Positions 58,288 to 64,000 of a stretch of 64,000 bases of DNA are shown here, in pieces; the stretch's first letter is position 1; every line of letters begins with the position of its first letter. The stretch covers positions 8,370,001 to 8,434,000 of the forward strand of contig CM022667.1 in assembly GCA_012295275.1 (NCBI GenBank), in the 5' to 3' direction. Position numbers and translations under genes: made by a program. The notes under the pieces were generated by a model, which was not told the DNA's origin, made no database searches, and saw only the letters and a program-made list of their open reading frames with translations. This DNA comes from Chrysomallon squamiferum. Its lineage: Eukaryota > Animalia > Mollusca.

Positions 58288-61200
58288 ATGCAGACCTTGG
58301 ATGTATGCAAGAAAACTTCGGGAAAAATTTGGCACCGAAAGCCATCACCATCAAGTGATAATGGGTAAGAGATCTGTCATCTGTGGAAGTGGGTCATAAT
58401 AATAATCACTAAGTCAGTATTACTATTAGTTGGATATTTGCATCACTATGATAATGGGTACCACAGGATGATGTACATTAGACAGAACACGCACTGTCAC
58501 AATATAGGTGTTATAATAAATATCAGTCAACATAGATTCTGATATTGATCATACTTAGGTTAATCTTACGTTACTTTGTAAAATACCTGTCGGCTTTCCT
58601 CTATTCAGTTTATATAAATTTCAGATGTTTTCATTTTTTTTTTTTTTTTAAACAAATAAGAATGTTTGCTTACAGTGATAGGATAGAGTCAGATTATATA
58701 ATTATCAGTATGAATGTCTTAATGTTTCTAGGAAGAACAGTTATTTTCTTTCCATTTTCTTCTGAAACAAACATTCAGAAACATGTCTTACATCAGTGCT
58801 TGTGTACAAATTATGTAATTTTACTTAACATCAGAACAAATTTATTTTAATTTATATTAATCCATTTTGTTGATGATTAATGCATTTATAAATCTGCTTC
58901 TTAAACTGATACAGAGATTTCTGATCAACATACCTATCCATTACATTCAGATTTTGGTTGCCAACAATTAATTGATAAGTCAAACAGATAATAATTCATA
59001 TTAATCATTAACAGTGATTTTTTAATGAATATAAAGATTATTTCAAGTCGATAAACAGTTTTGTCCTATCCACAGGCTGATGGTTCGTATCTCTAGTTCA
59101 CTTTCCAGTGCTCTCTCAGACAACAGTAAAACTGTTCGCTTCCTTCACTCAGCATTTGATGCAGCAGGTGACAGGTTTATTGCTGGAGATCACCATGGCA
59201 ACATCTACATTTTTGATTTGTCCAAAAATAGGTTTGTCTTATTTACCAAACATATTTATAAAACTGATAGGAATATTCTTTTAATTAATAACATTTGAAA
59301 TGGATACCAATTTAAAATTTTAATATATGTATGTATATATGTATTTATGTCTGTGTGTCTGTGTCTGCCTCTCTGTGTGTTTGTGTGTACGTACAGCTAA
59401 TGGTTTGAAAATGTTGATTAATAATTTTCCCTATCTGCTGTTGATTATAATAACTGTTCAACAGGATGCTATTAAAATATATTTTTTGCTTTGTTTCAGG
59501 TTTTGCATGGCACAAAAGACAGGACACCCCTGCACAGCCCTGGCGTTCACCATGAGAAGGAAAACAGAATTTCTAGTTGGACTTTCTGATTACTCACTCA
59601 AATGTTTTGATTCTGGTAACCAGCATACAATATAGTGTATTCCTGGCATGATAAACAATACAATATAAAATATTTTATATAACTTCTATTTGAATTAAGT
59701 ACCACAGTTGGTAATAAAGCTTTGCTAATGATAAAGTATGCTAATAAAACAATTTCAGATATGTAGAGGTAGACAGTAATTTGTTTAGAGGCATTTAAAA
59801 ATTTTGCTTGTTGACTGAGGTATTAGATATGGCAACTTTGCTGTGATTTAATTACTGTTTTACATTTTGCATGTATGAAAGTGCATCATAATTAATTTTG
59901 CATAAAATTTCTGAAATGTAAAATCTGATAAATTGGACAAATTTGTTCTGCTGCTTTTTCAAATTTTGTTTTGTAATACTTTGGTAATTAATTGGACTGG
60001 AACTTTAAAAGTGTTTTGTTTTGTGATCACAGACACAAAAGAACTTGTTGCCTGGATGAAGGGACATGAATCGGCAATTCACAGCATTTCTATCCATGCG
60101 TCAGGACGCTACGCACTGACAACATCGGCAGACACAGCTCTCCTCTGGGATCTTGACACCTTTCAGAGAAAACGCAAACTGAACATCAAGGAAGAAGTTG
60201 GGCTACTTAAGGCATGTCGATTTGATAGTCCTCATCAAAATTTACTACTAATTCATATATATATATATATATAAGGTGTTTAGATTTTGTAGTCTTTATC
60301 AAAATTTACTAATTAATAAATATTTAAGGTGTTTTGATTTCAGAACAGGTATTAAAGTTTACTAATAGTTATACCGTTCTTTAACATTTTTTTTATAGTG
60401 AACATTGCTGCTTATCTTGTTATAAATAAAATAATGAAAACATATTTTGGTGTGACTGACCAAAAGAATAAAATGTTGATCTGTATGTTACTGGATTTCA
60501 ACTTCTGCAAGAAACTTTAAAATAAAATAATAAAATATTAGAAAAATTGTATTAGTATATATCTGTTGTAATGTAAATTTAACAATTTCAGTCTCTTTAT
60601 TATACTTAAGCATATTTTTATATATATATATATATATGCCTCTTTTCAGGTATTTTTCCTTCCTCTGAGTAATACGATTATGACGTGTTTCCGTGATGAC
60701 TCAATATTTGCCTGGGAGTCCGACACTCTGGAATGTAAATATCAGTTACCGATTCCTCCTGGAGACAGCCCACGCTACAAAGCCTTCGCAGCAACTAGGT
60801 AGAGTTATCTTTCCTTTGTTCACATTTCAATGTTTACTTCAAGAGTTGTATATTGGCTGCATTTGTTACCTAAATATTGTTGTTTGAAAATACCATATAT
60901 CTATATCTTATCTTTAGATACAATAATCTAAGTTTTAAATTTTAATTTTATTGTTTAATTTTGTTTTTAAATCCATTAACATTTTTTTTTTAATGTTCTC
61001 GATTAGTAAAACAAAATTCATGGAATTTCTTAAATTATTTAACAAACTTTAATTTGTGTTATAATTTTTAAAATTTATTTTTGCACTTTCTGTCTACTTT
61101 CTCAGTTTCTGTCTGTCTTTTTCTAGATCATATTATGTTTTTTTTTGTGTTCATTTTTGTTTTAACAGTGATCTGTGATTTCAATACTAAAAGATAAGGC

Positions 61201-62230
61201 AGGTATTTTTCCCTTGTTAGTAGGTGCTAACAGTAATTCTCTTCCAAATCTGACGTCCAAGTTTTTACATTTAACAACAAAACTGCACAAACATCTGTAA
61301 ACACATACTACAGTGAACTCTTGATTGCAGAGATGGCAGAGTTTTGGCTGCTGGTGGACGTTCACGTTTTATCCACCTGTGGTCACTTGATACGAGGAGA
61401 CTACTTAGAATCATAGAACTGCCCAGCAAAGTGACCACTGTCAAACAGCTTGACTTCATTCCTGACAACTTCCAGTGTGGTGCTGATCAGGTGAAATACT
61501 TCTGAAAAAATTTCATATTTAACATAAAAAAAAAGATTCTAGTTTTGTTAATGTTTACTGCATATAAGATATTTTGTAAAGAATTATTCCTTAAATCTAT
61601 CCTATGGTAGATTTTGTTTTTGTTCTAGAATTATTAAAAAAAAAGAAATGTGTAAGATGTCTAAAATATTAATAGTTTCAGTCTGAATTAAAGTTGAATG
61701 GTGAATTTAGCAGGGACATACTGTGTAGCAGGGACATACTGTGTAGGGACATACTTTATAAGAATTATAAAGAAAATACAGAAATATTTAAGGACATACT
61801 GTGAAATGATTAAATAAAAGATAATATTACATAATTTACAAATAATCATTTCATTCCTCTCTATTTATAATCATTTCTATTTTCAGTTATTTAATTTTAA
61901 TTTTATATTAAAATTTCTCAGGTTCTGGGAGTCTTGTGTCAGGATGGCATCGTGCGATTCATCCACACTGACACCTGTAAACTGTTGTTTGACATCGGCG
62001 CCGTTGACAATCGCATCAACAATGTGTCTGTCAGTCCGAATGGGCGACATGTTGTTGCAGTGATGGATGATGGGACACTTCATGTTTACTGTGTTTTAGC
62101 TTTGTCATCTGAACTGAACCAGGTAAACCACACTGAACTGTTCTGTGTGTTAGAAATACTAATTATTGTTAATTTCACTTTCTGATTATATAAGTAAAAT
62201 TCTCATATTCAAACAATATTTCTGTTTCTC

Positions 62231-62309
<79 letters not shown>

Positions 62310-63619
62310 ACTCACTCACTCACTCACTCACTCCTTTCCTGACTTCATTTTTAACCAGTTTATTCTAAAGCTGTTTGTATTTACATTATTTGCTGTGGTT
62401 TTGATCCCTCAGCCTCCTGCACCACTGGTTAAAGTTGTTATGTCCAACAAGATGTCCGAAACAACATCAACAGACACCAGTGTGAGAAGTCAGACGAAAT
62501 CTCAGATGTCCAGAACCAGACCAAGCAGCAGGAAAAAATATCTTCAAGACAGTGATACAGTTAGTGATCATTTTTATACTTACATATAAATAGTGATTGT
62601 GTTTACATACACTGTATTATATAAAAAAACAAAGATAGTGATCATTTATATATTTATATTTTATATAAATAAATAGTGATGGTATAATAGTTTATGTATA
62701 TTATAAAATAAAAAGCTAATGATCATGTTTACAGATATGTAATTAGAATGTTTATCTACGATTTTCATTGATTGATTTTGTATTAGCAAATTAGTTGTGA
62801 CATAAACATTTTGAACTTGTTGTTATATTTTAATATTTCTTGTTACAGAGTCTGGCAGGTGAACTTGATGTAGAAAAACTGTCCAAAATTTTAAGAGGTT
62901 ATGGTGAATATCCTGCAAAATACAGGTGACAAAAAATATACTAATAATAAAACAACTATAAACATCAAACTAACAAGAAAATGTAATTTATATTTATTAC
63001 TGCATTTTATTTTTTTTATTATTTGTTTTCAATATTTGTTTTCAATTTTTTTTTAAACCATTTTTTTTTTTTTTTTTTTTTTTTTTGATTGTTTTGTTGT
63101 TTTTCTTAAACATTTTTTTTGTGACATAAAAAATTATAAGATTAACACAAGTCCATGATATTATAGGATTTTTTGTTTAGATTGTTTTTACATTTATATA
63201 TAATATTGATGTTTTATAATATTTTCTTGTCTGGCTTTATTATTAGCAAAGTAATATTTCTAATTACAAACAAATAAAATATGTTTAGGCTATTAATAGT
63301 AAATTCTTAAATACCTGATTTTGATTTCATATGTTTTATATCTGTTACAAATTTCATTTGTTGTTAAGATGTTCATACTTAAATTCTTAATATGCCATAG
63401 CATCTGATTTTTAATTTCATGTGTTTTTTCCTATTATGAAGCAAACTGATAAATAACTGTGTTTGTTGTTAGAATGTTCATCTGGAGGTCTGTGTTGCAT
63501 CTGCCAGAAAACCATGCAGCTTATGGTGCCCTTGTTGACAAAGGGTCACATCCAGCCTACTCAAAACTACACGAAGTTTATCCAATCAAAAGTCGAAAAC
63601 TGCTCAGAGTGTTACAGAG
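58288..63619 (+). CDS. TBC1D31: TBC1 domain family member 31 (WDR67), 5' ten exons; gene continues off the right edge
   Basis: Exons 58288-58364, 59076-59231, 59500-59615, 60033-60211, 60650-60798, 61331-61490, 61922-62122, 62413-62559, 62849-62925, 63473-63619. Peptides SGKIWHRKP, WMKGHESAI, LWDLDTFQRKRKLN, VFFLPLSNTI, GYGEYPAKYRMFIWRSVLHLPENH. Confidence 0.96.
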
Positions 63620-64000
63620 GTAAAGTTAAAAATTATATATATATACATTTAGTAATTGGGCAGCCCATGTTTATAATGAAATGACAAAGAAACTAAACTA
63701 GATAAATAAATAATTAAAAAAAATAATAATAATAAAATAAAAACAACATAATAAAATAAATAACTGCAAAAACTGATGTTGAATATGCACATAGCACTTT
63801 TTAAGTAACATTGTATTTAATTATTTAAGTAGTCAAATCAATTGATTAAAAAGTTTAATTATATATTTAAATGTTTTTTAAATCACTACTGTTATACCTA
63901 GATTCATATTTAGAAATCGATTTTGGTAAAATAAAACTTCTTTTTTTTATTTTATATTCATTAATTTCTAGAAATTATATTTTATTTTAGTTGAGGTTTA

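Overview
AT-rich, microsatellite-dense, gene-compact animal genomic DNA with spliceosomal introns; gene content and SINE-like remnants suggest a mollusc, probably a gastropod (inference). Two housekeeping anchors (5' part of DIS3 at left; head-to-head DERL1/TBC1D31 at right) bracket an accessory block. The block holds an orphan single-pass membrane protein, a secreted type-B carboxylesterase, a secreted cystine-knot (Spaetzle-like) protein inside a pair of inverted repeats, and an intronless divergent Cys-loop receptor. It also holds a PLP-dependent Cys/Met gamma-lyase, two convergent conodipine-like PLA2 genes, an AADAC-like hydrolase lacking the canonical nucleophile Ser, and an orphan microexon gene mostly missed by the ORF track. 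Several minisatellites sit directly on splice sites. All exon structures were reconstructed by hand from splice signals and frame continuity; no database searches were run. Most ORFs in the track are microsatellite artefacts.
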